This document shows, piece by piece, positions 22,601 through 31,445 of a stretch of 64,000 bases of DNA. This DNA is from Candidatus Hydrogenedentota bacterium (GTDB taxonomy: Bacteria; Hydrogenedentota; Hydrogenedentia; Hydrogenedentales; SLHB01). Position 1 is the first letter of the stretch. Each line of letters opens with the position of its first letter. Position numbers and translations under genes: made by a program. The stretch spans positions 325,268 through 389,267 of the forward strand of contig JAKPDK010000070.1 of NCBI GenBank assembly GCA_029552745.1, written 5' to 3'. The notes below the pieces were generated by a model, which searched no databases, had not been told where the DNA came from, and was given only the letters and a program-made list of their open reading frames with translations.

Positions 22601-22872
22601 ACGCCATCAACATTTTGAACTGCTTCTTCAATGGCAAGGAGGATGGAACTTTCCACTTCTTCCGGGCTTGCCCCAGGATAAGCGACGGTGACCGTAACCG
22701 TGTCGGGCACGATATCTGGAAAGACTTCCTGTTTCATGTTGAGAGCTGTTATCAAGCCCCCAGCAAGAAACGTTAACATCAAAAGATTTGCAGCGACCGG
22801 ATGCCCTGCCATCCATGCCACTGCACCTCTTCGGGGGGTGTTGTCTTGAGGGTCGGTACCCATTATGCTCAC
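19690..22872 (-). CDS. RND efflux permease (AcrB/AcrD/AcrF family)
   Basis: 1060 aa; YPGASPEEVE, GMVVD, RFRPIMLTTLTT, two TM bundles. Confidence 0.95.
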   Translation of the reverse strand: MSIMGTDPQDNTPRRGAVAWMAGHPVAANLLMLTFLAGGLITALNMKQEVFPDIVPDTVTVTVAYPGASPEEVESSILLAIEEAVQNVDGVHEVTSMAREGGGAVTVEALVGVDIQQLGQDVKSEVDRIVTFPEDAEEPQVRIDTRRREVLTAVIYGDLPDTSLHQLAEQLRDWLIQSPDITQVDVEGLPPLEISIEVPENALRQYNLTLGEIASRLAVASQDIPSGGVKTESGEVLVRSKERRDYGEQFAKLPILNTPKGTQQLLNDIASINDSFAETDRYSLYNGKPAVLLDVFRVGKETPIQVSRAARKILEEFQTTLPSGVSVSVYNDQSDIYKQRLTLLLKNGAEGLLLVLIILGLFLEARLAFWVMTSIPIAFLGSFLLLPATDVTINMVSLFAYILALGMVVDVGIVVGENVYHYHQKGMKLLEAARYASEEVSTAVTYSILTNIASFVPIYFIPGFLGKIFRMIPVVITVVFLISLVQCLYILPAQLGHAKERRRQGINRWLHEKQQWFSRKFMHWVRDIYGPFLWMVIRHRYLCIALALASLALSVSYAMSGRMGFQQFPIVESDFADARVELPYGAPVQQTRAIVDKIQEAALRVVEQSGHPELCQGIIADIGQGGSHAGRVRVQLPEPEIRKKIMGTEEFVQRWRAETGEVPGVKSLRFSSESGGPGGGARPITVELSHRDMSMLEKAGPELAAILASYPGVSDVDDGFRPGKPQINFMLKPEGRSLGLTPREVARQLRHAFYGAEVLRQQRGRNEIKVMVRLPKAERSSEHTIENLLIRTPSGAFVPFREIAMFQRDRAYTTIERRNGRRVIQVTADITPRRKLNEVLADLSDNVLPQFVKNHPGLSYSFEGQQAQIRDSMASLKVTFLLALLAIYALLAIPFRSYTQPLVVMLSIPFGIVGALLGHLLMGYDLSIPSIFGIVALAGVVVNASLVMIDFANRLQEERKINHREAIHEAAIQRFRPIMLTTLTTFGGLAPMIFETSRQAKFLIPMALSLGYGILIATLISLVIVPAVYVIIEDLAHARLTRSEENQEAAVATPYESPSS

Positions 22873-22873
22873 C

Positions 22874-24142
22874 TCATCGTTGTTGGCGCGTCGTGGTGGT
22901 GTCGGATGGGGAGTTTTCCCGGACTCTCAGCGGCATACCCTGTACGGGAGCAATGAGACTGCTGGTCACCACTTTGTCATTGTCGCGAAGTCCATCGGAG
23001 ACCAAAACAAAGTCTGGGCTGCTCCAAACAATGGATAAGGAGCGAATATCTAATGTGCTGTCCTCAGACATAACCCAGACTTTGTTTCCCTCTCGTACTG
23101 CCGATCTCTGAAGTTTCACCACGTTAGGAACCTCTTGTCCCAAAAGTTCTACTCGAACATAAGATTTAAGAATCAACGGATGTTGATTCTCGTTGGTGTT
23201 AAGTTCGAGAGGGTCCTGAACCTCAACTAACACGCGTGCCATTCTGCCTTCATCAAGGTCCGGCAAGAGCCGAATGATTTCACCCATTCGGAAGACGTCA
23301 GAGCCCCATGCCGCCGGATAATAAATCCTTGCCGGAGAACCTTTTTTGTTCTTCGCATCGGGGATCTGTAGCCATTTAAGTTCATCTACAGGAACAGATG
23401 TATCAACCCAAAACGTGTCTGTTCCAACGGCAGTTGCCAAAGCCGTACCCGGAGAGACATAGCTGCCTAAGTCCGCGCTCCTTGTCTGGATAACACAGTT
23501 GAAAGGAGCTTTGAGGACCGTGCGCTCCAAATCTAACTGGGCTTTTTCCAGTGCCGCTTGGGCAGCATCCACACTAGCCTTTGCGGACGCCAGTTGGGGT
23601 TTTCTTAGCATAAGCTCCTCGTCTTCAGTGTCGCCTGACTTTCCCACCAGTTCATATTCTTTCTGAGCGACGGCTTGCTGCCCCATTTCGAGTTTTAGGG
23701 TTGCTTCTGCTCGGGCAAGGTTACTCTGCTGTTGGCGCAAGGCAAGTTGGTAATCTGCCTCTTCAATTCGCAATATTTCTTCGTTCTCTTGGAAAAAGCC
23801 TCCCGGCATGAAATGCGGGGACACCGCTACCACTCTACCCGGTACCAGAACGGCAAGGCGTATTTCGCGTGACGGCGTGACAGTGCCCATCGCTTGGACA
23901 GCGATTTGTTCTGTTCCCATATGGACTGGGGTGACCTCGACCAAGGTGGCTTCCACTTCGGAAGGTCTTCGTTGAGTCTTGGGTGGATTGGCGAGCCAGT
24001 AGTAGCTTAGTGCAATGCTTGCGGACAATATGACCAGTCCTACGACGGTCCTAAGAAGCCAGCCTAGTCCCCGTCGCAGTCGGTTGCCCGGATTTGTTTG
24101 CGTAACGGTGCTTTTTGTACTTTCACTGTCTAGTGTTTTCAT
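22874..24142 (-). CDS. RND periplasmic adaptor (membrane fusion protein)
   Basis: N-terminal TM, lipoyl halves (GRVV; LKAPFN), coiled coil. Confidence 0.93.
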   Translation of the reverse strand: MKTLDSESTKSTVTQTNPGNRLRRGLGWLLRTVVGLVILSASIALSYYWLANPPKTQRRPSEVEATLVEVTPVHMGTEQIAVQAMGTVTPSREIRLAVLVPGRVVAVSPHFMPGGFFQENEEILRIEEADYQLALRQQQSNLARAEATLKLEMGQQAVAQKEYELVGKSGDTEDEELMLRKPQLASAKASVDAAQAALEKAQLDLERTVLKAPFNCVIQTRSADLGSYVSPGTALATAVGTDTFWVDTSVPVDELKWLQIPDAKNKKGSPARIYYPAAWGSDVFRMGEIIRLLPDLDEGRMARVLVEVQDPLELNTNENQHPLILKSYVRVELLGQEVPNVVKLQRSAVREGNKVWVMSEDSTLDIRSLSIVWSSPDFVLVSDGLRDNDKVVTSSLIAPVQGMPLRVRENSPSDTTTTRQQR

Positions 24143-24148
24143 ATAGAC

Positions 24149-25861
24149 CTAATCGTTTCCTTTGACGGTTTCGGAAGACGAAGATTGCCGTTGGTTATCG
24201 CCCGGGTTGTCTTTTTTGGATTCATTCTGTGAGATCATACTTAAGTCATCCATCATCCAGGTTCCACCTAGCGCCAAGGCAAGGCGAACGCGGATATTTA
24301 AATACGCCAAGTTTGCCTGTACTTGCTTTCTCTCTAGGCTTTGGAGTTGCGTCAGCGCAGAAATCACGGGGAGATAGTCGTTTAGCCCTTTTCGGTAGCG
24401 TTCAAAAGCCTGGGCATGTGCCGTTCTCGCAGCCGCCAGTTCGCGTTGGAGAGATTCTAAGTATTCCCGCTGTTTTCGCTCCTGAACCAGGGCGCTTTCT
24501 ACTTCTTTTATTGCTGTCAGTACGGTTTGTTCGTAAGCGGCAAGCCGTTCTTTTGCCACAGCTCGCGTGCGGAATACTTCCGCTTTTCTTCTACCGGCAT
24601 CGAAAATTGGGTTAGTGAGGCTCGCCGCCAAGGTGGCTAGCCAATTGTTCAAGATCAATTCTGTTGTATCGGCTCCATACGAGGCCGATGCGGTTAGTCG
24701 TATACTGGGAAGTCGGTCTGCTCGGGCAGCGCTCACTCTCCAATCGGCGGCTTGAAGTTGTAGTCCTCTTGCCCGTACGTCAGGCCTTTTTGCCAGTAAC
24801 TCGGCAGGCAGTCCTACGTCAGGCATCGGGCCTGCCTCGGGGAAGCCGTCTTGTGCTATCTTCAGGTCGGTAGTCGGTTGTCGTCCCAATAATACGGCGA
24901 GGTCTTGTTCCGCTGTTTTAAGATTTGCTTCCAAGCCCGGGATTAGCGATTCTGTTTGTGCAACAGCTTGCCGCTGTTGTAGGACATCGAGCGCCGTTGC
25001 CCTGCCTTTTTGAAAACGTAGCTCGATAAGATCAAGAGTTGTCTTGTTTAACTCCAGCTGCCGACGAACCAAATTTAATTCCTGACGTAATGCCAAAACG
25101 CCCAACCATTGAGATACTACTTGCCCAGACAAAGTGAGCATAGCCGCATAGGTGTCCTCTTGGGCGGCGGCATAATCTAGGCTTGCTGCACGGTTTTGCG
25201 CTCGAACTCGTCCCCATAAATCTGCCTCGTAACTACTTGCCAAGCCGAAGCGATAGGTGTGAGTGATCAGAGTGCTTTCTGCGGAAGGTGGAGCTTCCGT
25301 CAAGGTTTGCAAGGCATTGAGACTTGACTGCGCCGAGCGCAACGAGTTTGCGGCAGCTTGGAGAGGGTCCTGTGTCTCAATGGGAGAGAGGTTTTTTATT
25401 AACGTATTCAGGGCATCAACTTTCTTAGAGGCATCTTGCCACGGCGGGATATCTACTCCGGTGTCGATGTGGCGACGTGTTGCAGAGAAATCTCCGGTTA
25501 GATTCAATGTAGGGAATAAGCCCGATCGCGCTTGACGGGCTAACATTTCAGACTGTTCCAATCGTGCCAGAATTTGCTTTAAAGTTAAGTTTCCGCTTAT
25601 GGCACTCGTTACCAATTCGTCAAGCTCAGGGGAATGGAATTGTTTCCACCATTTGTCAGGTTGTGGCGTGGAAGGTTCATAGAAAGAGAAAGATTCGGGA
25701 AGAAGTGCCTGGTTCAACTGCCTCTTGGGCGGAGGAAAGGAGCTACAAGACGTCAGCCAGACCGCAGAAACGAATATAATGATAATGAGCGTCCACGCCG
25801 GCATCTTTTCTGGAACCTTTTTTCTTCGTGGAGCTGCCGCTCGTGCATTAATGCGCATCAT
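24149..25861 (-). CDS. outer membrane efflux lipoprotein (NodT/TolC family)
   Basis: lipobox LTSC, WWKQF, YEADLWGR, LLAKRPDV, PIFDAGRR. Confidence 0.93.
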   Translation of the reverse strand: MMRINARAAAPRRKKVPEKMPAWTLIIIIFVSAVWLTSCSSFPPPKRQLNQALLPESFSFYEPSTPQPDKWWKQFHSPELDELVTSAISGNLTLKQILARLEQSEMLARQARSGLFPTLNLTGDFSATRRHIDTGVDIPPWQDASKKVDALNTLIKNLSPIETQDPLQAAANSLRSAQSSLNALQTLTEAPPSAESTLITHTYRFGLASSYEADLWGRVRAQNRAASLDYAAAQEDTYAAMLTLSGQVVSQWLGVLALRQELNLVRRQLELNKTTLDLIELRFQKGRATALDVLQQRQAVAQTESLIPGLEANLKTAEQDLAVLLGRQPTTDLKIAQDGFPEAGPMPDVGLPAELLAKRPDVRARGLQLQAADWRVSAARADRLPSIRLTASASYGADTTELILNNWLATLAASLTNPIFDAGRRKAEVFRTRAVAKERLAAYEQTVLTAIKEVESALVQERKQREYLESLQRELAAARTAHAQAFERYRKGLNDYLPVISALTQLQSLERKQVQANLAYLNIRVRLALALGGTWMMDDLSMISQNESKKDNPGDNQRQSSSSETVKGND

Positions 25862-26546
25862 GCGGATCTCCTGTCAAGGGTTCTTGGAGCCTTGTCCCCG
25901 TTGTCTCTGACTCTAGGCGACGACGTATTTCGGCTATCCCGGCGAGGGAGAATTGAACAATATGCTGAGTAAGGCGTTCCGTGTCCTTTTCGTCAAATTT
26001 CCAGAGGGCATGTTTTCTTTTTTTCCAGGGCGGTCCCTGCGCCATAAAGCATTGAGATATAAGGCTCATTTCGCAGAGTTCGACATACTCGTTTGTCGCC
26101 TTGGGTCCGAGCAGTTCCTGAATGACGGAGCGGGTGTATGTCCTCATTTTTTGCATCCACGAGGCAATCGCGTGGTCTAGGATACCTGTGGGATTCATGA
26201 TTTCTCGCATTCGAATTCTATGGAAGTTGCTTAACTCTCCGCGGTCGGCTTTTCTCAAAAGAAGAGAGCGGACATTTCCTTCGAGGCGTACATCAGCGGG
26301 GGCATTGAGCGGCACTCCCCCATCTATCGGATAGAGTTCGTCCATTTGGGTGGCGAGGTAATCCCATGTAGCGGCATAGAGGGCTTCTTTCGAGCCAAAA
26401 TGGTAGTTAATTGCGGCGGTATTTACATGCGCAAGGCGGCAAATTTCCTCGTGTGTGGCTCCGCGGTAACCTTTTTCGCCGAACACGACACAGGCCGCTT
26501 GGAGGATTTTCTGCCGGGTATTTTCGCCGTCTTTTCGGATACGCAT
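25848..26546 (-). CDS. TetR-family regulator with CerR/DUF1956-like C-terminus
   Basis: TRQKILQAA...GYRGATHEEIC...AINYHFGSKEALY HTH; C-terminal HIVQFSLAGI. Confidence 0.9.
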   Translation of the reverse strand: MRIRKDGENTRQKILQAACVVFGEKGYRGATHEEICRLAHVNTAAINYHFGSKEALYAATWDYLATQMDELYPIDGGVPLNAPADVRLEGNVRSLLLRKADRGELSNFHRIRMREIMNPTGILDHAIASWMQKMRTYTRSVIQELLGPKATNEYVELCEMSLISQCFMAQGPPWKKRKHALWKFDEKDTERLTQHIVQFSLAGIAEIRRRLESETTGTRLQEPLTGDPHDAH

Positions 26547-26564
26547 GGGAAAAATTTAATTAGA

Positions 26565-26613
26565 TAGTTCAACTAAGTACTTCAACTATAACATTTGTTT
26601 TTAATCGTGTCAA
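26565..26613 (-). promoter_or_regulatory. sigma70 promoter and candidate operator of the TetR-RND operon
   Basis: TTGACA (26613-26608), 17 nt, TG-n-TATAGT (26590-26585); TTCAACTA direct repeat (26568, 26581) and TAGTT-C-AACTA palindrome overlap the start region. Confidence 0.7.
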
Positions 26614-26749
26614 TCTTTTTTTCGAGAAGCCGCGATTCTATGGAGCAAATTGACAATATCCCTTGTAGTGTATCAAGATTCTTTTCGATCTGTTGGCCTA
26701 GGTAGTCGGCGAAATACGCGCCTCTCCACAAGAGAAAAACGGTTGTTAT

Positions 26750-28243
26750 ATGAATATACGGTATTTGTTAAAGGTACTTGGTTACTTTTCATGGGCGACC
26801 GCCCCTTTGATGTTGCCGGCTTTGATAGTCTCCTTTTACTACAAGGAAGGCCAAGCGGCATTGGCGCTCCTCTTTTCCGCCGTTGTTTCTATTCTTGTGG
26901 GGAGTTTTCTCTATCGAATGGGGCGAGGTGCTCCAAATCGTTTTTACCAGCGTGAAACACTGGGCGTTGTGGCGCTTGCATGGATACTTGTGGCGGGCTT
27001 GGGCGCACTGCCGTTTATTTTTTCGGGGGTTCTGGGTCCCGTAGACGCCTACTTTGAATGTATGTCGGGATTTACAACTACGGGGTCCAGCGTTTTCGGA
27101 TTGAGCCATTTTCAGCATACACCAAAGGCGATCATGTTTTGGCGGGCATTTACCCACTGGGTAGGGGGTATGGGAATTATTGTGTTGTTTCTTGCCGTGC
27201 TCCCTTATCTTGGCGTTGGTGGGAAACAGCTCTTTAAGTCAGAATCGCCGGGTCCCGATCCCCGTGAACTTACTCCCCGCATACGTGACACGGCAGCAAT
27301 CTTATACACCATATATCTAGGCCTCACGATTTTGGAAATAGCCGCGTTGATGTTCGCCGGAATGAATTGGTTTGATGCAACATGCCATACATTTGCGACA
27401 TTGTCCGGTGGAGGTTTCTCGACTCGTTTTAACAGTGTAGGAGAGTTTAAGAGTCCCGTTATTGATGTCATAGTAATTTTCTTTATGATTTGCGGCGCCA
27501 CCAATTTTGCTCTCTATTACAGTATGCTCAAAGGAAACTGGAAGGCGCTATTCATGGATACGGAGTGGCGCGCTTATATTTTTATCCTGTTAACAGCTAC
27601 GCTCTTGGTGACTCTAAACTTATGTGGTTGGTTTGGGGCAGGGGTAGTGAGAGCAGATGGACCTGTCAAAACATACGATAATCCGTTGGAAGCTTTGAGG
27701 TATGCTGGTTTCCAAGTTGCGTCGATGATGACAACAACAGGCTTTACCACGGATGATTTTGATCGTTGGCCTGATCTCTCCAGAGAGTTGCTGATTACAG
27801 TCATGTTTATAGGAGGCTGTGCCGGTTCTACGAGTGGGGGGATTAAGGTTATCCGGATTATGATGTTATTGAAGATGGTTTACTGGCGTTTGGAGAAATC
27901 TTTCCGTACTCGTACTGTAAGAGTGTTACGTATAGCTGGGGAGCCGGTTGAAGAGGGCGTTCAACAGAACGTTTATGGCTTTGTTGTCTTGTATTTGGGT
28001 TGGGCGATATTGGGTACCTTTGTTATGACCGCTTTAGGATTGCCCCTCCTTTCAGCTTTTACTTCAGTGGCTGCTACACTCAACACCACGGGTCCTGGGC
28101 TCGAAAAAGTAGGCGCATCGATGAACTTTGCGGAGATACCCGCCCTTGGCAAGCTATTTCTTTCTTTATCGATGGTGCTTGGCCGCTTGGAGTTGTTTAG
28201 CGTGTTAGTCCTTTTCGTGCCTGGATTTTGGAAAAAGGAGTAG
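26750..28243 (+). CDS. trkH: Trk potassium uptake membrane protein
   Basis: FECMSGFTTTG, WVGGMG, TLSGGGFS, MTTTGF, GGCAGSTSGGIK, GRLELF. Confidence 0.95.
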   Translation: MNIRYLLKVLGYFSWATAPLMLPALIVSFYYKEGQAALALLFSAVVSILVGSFLYRMGRGAPNRFYQRETLGVVALAWILVAGLGALPFIFSGVLGPVDAYFECMSGFTTTGSSVFGLSHFQHTPKAIMFWRAFTHWVGGMGIIVLFLAVLPYLGVGGKQLFKSESPGPDPRELTPRIRDTAAILYTIYLGLTILEIAALMFAGMNWFDATCHTFATLSGGGFSTRFNSVGEFKSPVIDVIVIFFMICGATNFALYYSMLKGNWKALFMDTEWRAYIFILLTATLLVTLNLCGWFGAGVVRADGPVKTYDNPLEALRYAGFQVASMMTTTGFTTDDFDRWPDLSRELLITVMFIGGCAGSTSGGIKVIRIMMLLKMVYWRLEKSFRTRTVRVLRIAGEPVEEGVQQNVYGFVVLYLGWAILGTFVMTALGLPLLSAFTSVAATLNTTGPGLEKVGASMNFAEIPALGKLFLSLSMVLGRLELFSVLVLFVPGFWKKE

Positions 28244-28260
28244 TTTTCCAATTCCCGGGG

Positions 28261-29253
28261 TCATACTTGTCGTTTCCCTGTCTCGATCTCGTTGACCAGA
28301 GTTCTCAACGTTGTCAACGCCGTTTCGGGGAATCGCCATTCTTGAATCTTTGGTTCCGTCAACAGGTTTTTCAACTGGGGCAAGACAAGCATTTCTGCGG
28401 CTTGCTCGCTGGTTAACGACCGGGCAACAAAGCTTTCTTCGGTAAAGTTTTCAAAAAAACTTTTCAGGCCACGGCGAGCATCTCCTCCGACAGCTCCGAA
28501 ATCTTGGCCGTAGATGTGCATCGCAAAACTATAATCCGCATAGCTTCCAACACGGACGTTTTTTCCGGCTTTTTCCGCGATTTTTTCCGCGATAACACTT
28601 TGAAGGAAGGTGATAGCAATAACGTTGTCGGGCCAGGCTTTATAGAGGTCTCTCGAGCGCCACACCGTATTCATATTGAGTACCCAGTTGCCTTGGTGAT
28701 CTTCGGGACAACGTAATTGAATTTCCCGCAGGCAAGGGACATCTTCCTTCAAAAAGACGTCAATATCTGGGACCGCGGTAGTGGCAACTGCACGCCGGGT
28801 GTAGGGTGTTTTGGAAATGCGGTCAATCGCGCGTGCCACTTGATCAACGGTGCTGCCGTCCCATGCTGGGTGGCTGAAAAGGCGTTGGTGATACGTGTAG
28901 GGCCATTCTTTTGCAGAGAGTTCCCCGTGCACCGCTTCGCGGAGTTTTTCTATGGGGACAACCATGTGATCTTTGACCCCCATGATTTCGGCGATGTAAG
29001 TGCCGATTTCACAAAAGGAGATGGGCGGATACCGGGGTTGGGAAAAGGGGTCTTTGACTTCAATGAGCACTCGGGCATCGCGGCTGGGCGGATCGATATA
29101 TTTTCCGGATTCGTCTTTTCTGTCATATTCGGTTCGCATCGGAAAACCCTGTTCCCAAACCGCCTTCATTGCACGGAAGTAAGCTTGAGGGATGTTTTCA
29201 GCTACAACGTGCAGCGTTGGGAGCCTGCCTTCTGAAAAGTCTTTTGTGTCCAT
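28261..29253 (-). CDS. thyA: thymidylate synthase-like protein (divergent, archaeal-type features)
   Basis: YTYHQRL, YTRRA, PCL (catalytic Cys), RSRDLYKAWPDN, MHIYG. Confidence 0.75.
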   Translation of the reverse strand: MDTKDFSEGRLPTLHVVAENIPQAYFRAMKAVWEQGFPMRTEYDRKDESGKYIDPPSRDARVLIEVKDPFSQPRYPPISFCEIGTYIAEIMGVKDHMVVPIEKLREAVHGELSAKEWPYTYHQRLFSHPAWDGSTVDQVARAIDRISKTPYTRRAVATTAVPDIDVFLKEDVPCLREIQLRCPEDHQGNWVLNMNTVWRSRDLYKAWPDNVIAITFLQSVIAEKIAEKAGKNVRVGSYADYSFAMHIYGQDFGAVGGDARRGLKSFFENFTEESFVARSLTSEQAAEMLVLPQLKNLLTEPKIQEWRFPETALTTLRTLVNEIETGKRQV

Positions 29254-29286
29254 ATATGCAACCTCCCGGCGTTCTGACGTGATAGG

Positions 29287-29922
29287 TTAGAATCGAGAAC
29301 TGGACTTGCGTGAGTCCGTTGCCGGTATAACGTTGCGGTTCTTGGCGTACGCCTCCAACCGTTCCCGAAGAAGTTTGCGTCCTCGGTAGAGCCTAGACAT
29401 GACGGTACCGATGGGACATTTCATTACATCGGCGATTTCTTTGTAGGACATGTCTTCCATATCCGCCATGATAACGGCGAGGCGAAAGTCATCGGGCAGC
29501 GATTCCAAAGCGGCTCGGACTTCGTCATCGAGAAGTTCCATGAGATTCTTTGTTGTACGTTCCACGGGGTCATATCCGACCCGAGGGTCGGGGGATGTGT
29601 CAGCGGCGGGTTCCGTACCAGTCAATTCGACAAAAGTGGGGCGACGCGCTTTGCGCCGGTATTCGTTAATAAAGGTGTTGCGAAGTATCGTCAGCAGCCA
29701 TGCTTTGATGTACGTACCTTCCTCAAACTTATCATGAAATCGCAGGGCTTTAACAATCGTGTTCTGTGTGAGATCCTGGGCGTCTACGGTATTCCGCGTA
29801 AGACGTAATGCAACCCCGTAGAGCATATCGAGGTGACTGAGAACGAGTTTTTCAAACTCTTCGGACCGCTCAATAGGCTCTCCGTCCGGTGGGGCTATTT
29901 TTTTCTTCCCATCGTGTGTCAC
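29287..29922 (-). CDS. ECF sigma-70 factor (SigR/SigH-like)
   Basis: ALRLTRN, DAQDLTQ, AWLLTILRNTFINEYRRK, SYKEIA, GTVMSRLYRGRK. Confidence 0.93.
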   Translation of the reverse strand: MTHDGKKKIAPPDGEPIERSEEFEKLVLSHLDMLYGVALRLTRNTVDAQDLTQNTIVKALRFHDKFEEGTYIKAWLLTILRNTFINEYRRKARRPTFVELTGTEPAADTSPDPRVGYDPVERTTKNLMELLDDEVRAALESLPDDFRLAVIMADMEDMSYKEIADVMKCPIGTVMSRLYRGRKLLRERLEAYAKNRNVIPATDSRKSSSRF

Positions 29923-30342
29923 AGAAAAATGAAACTCCTATCTATCCGCAAAGTTCTTTACTTCGGCGACCACACACTTCACCCCCGAAACGCGCCTACC
30001 GTCACATCCCTTAGGCAGCGAATTTGTCTAACTTTGGACATGTCTCTGCTATAGAGGTTGCCTGTCCTTTGATAGCAGATATTATCCTAATCAATATAGG
30101 TTTGCTTATTCAAACCAAGAAAGATTCTTCTGGAAGTATTGCGCTTGTGGACTCTCACTATTTGTGGTCGTTGGATAAGAAAAAAATACGGAAACGGTGA
30201 GAAGTGGTTCAGAACCACAGGGAACCAAACGGTTTGTATGGGAGTGTCACGTTCAACTGACTCTATGAGTCCACCTCCCAAAGTGCCTTGAATCACCCAA
30301 TTGTCTTGTCCAAACTTGTGATTTCTCCCTTGACGAAAAGAA

Positions 30343-30372
30343 TTGACCTTTTCGAAGGTAATTGCGTATGCT
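30343..30372 (+). promoter_or_regulatory. putative sigma70 promoter of the GHMP kinase gene
   Basis: TTGACC, 18 nt, TATGCT. Confidence 0.4.
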
Positions 30373-30409
30373 TTCGCCGCTGTTTTTCTAGAACTGAAGG
30401 TGGTTTATC

Positions 30410-31405
30410 ATGGCTTACGAAGCTGTTGCATTTGCTCGGGCTGGACTTGTTGGAAATCCGTCCGATGGTTATTTCGGAAAAACGATTAGCTTCATTGTTC
30501 GCGATTTTTGTGCGAAAGTGAGCATGTATGAGGCCGACCAAATCGAGATTCTCCCGAGTATAAGAGACCGTTCTACTTACGATTCGATAAGGGATCTGGT
30601 AAACGATGTCAAAGCCTACGGTTATTACGGTGGGATACGCCTTATGAAAGCCGCAATTCGGCGATTTGTTGATTATTGTGATGCGCAAGGCATTCGTTTA
30701 CCGGACCGAAATTTCAGCATCCGCTACCGTTCTACCATTCCGCGGCATGTGGGACTAGCAGGGTCCAGTGCGTTGGTTACAGCCGCGATTCGTTGTTTGA
30801 TGGAGTTCTACGAGGTTGAAATTCCTAAGCCGTTGCTTCCTAATCTAATTCTAAGCGTGGAAGCTCAGGAGCTGGGCATTGCCGCGGGCTTGCAGGACAG
30901 GGTTATTCAAGTCTATGAAGGCTGCGTGTATATGGATTTTGACAGGGAGTTACTGGAAAGCCGCGGCTACGGATACTACGAGCCGTTGGACCCCGGCCTT
31001 CTTCCGAATCTTTATATCGCCTATCGAACAGATTTCAGTGAGGGTTCTGAGGTTTTCCATAATCGGATACGGGAGCGGTGGCTTAACAACGACCCGCAGG
31101 TCATTGATGCGATGCGCGAATTTGCTGGATATGCGGAACAAGTGCGCACGCTTCTTCTCGCAGGAAAAGGCACTGAAATAGGGGTCTGGCTTAACAAGAA
31201 CTTTGACTTGCGCCGTTCTTTATACAATCTTAACCCTGCCGATGTGGATATGGTAGAAACTGCTCGTAGCGTGGGGGCATCAGCGAAATTTGCTGGTTCT
31301 GGAGGGGCGATTGTCGGGACCTATGATGATGAGGAGATGTATCGCCGTCTTCAGGAAGTATTTGCAGGCAAACCTGTGGTTGTTCTGAAACCAACTATCC
31401 AATGA
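30410..31405 (+). CDS. GHMP kinase, glucuronokinase-like
   Basis: ARAGLVGNPSDGYFGKTIS, IPRHVGLAGSSA, AGLQDRVIQVYEG, KFAGSGGA. Confidence 0.85.
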   Translation: MAYEAVAFARAGLVGNPSDGYFGKTISFIVRDFCAKVSMYEADQIEILPSIRDRSTYDSIRDLVNDVKAYGYYGGIRLMKAAIRRFVDYCDAQGIRLPDRNFSIRYRSTIPRHVGLAGSSALVTAAIRCLMEFYEVEIPKPLLPNLILSVEAQELGIAAGLQDRVIQVYEGCVYMDFDRELLESRGYGYYEPLDPGLLPNLYIAYRTDFSEGSEVFHNRIRERWLNNDPQVIDAMREFAGYAEQVRTLLLAGKGTEIGVWLNKNFDLRRSLYNLNPADVDMVETARSVGASAKFAGSGGAIVGTYDDEEMYRRLQEVFAGKPVVVLKPTIQ

Positions 31406-31445
31406 CGGAAGTCGATGTCGAATTGTGAGTATTTGCGGCGAGGGG

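Noticed and set aside
29990..30340. Long intergenic region as an sRNA or third repeat copy
   Set aside because: No match by eye to the 400-bp element motifs on either strand, and no convincing structure or ORF
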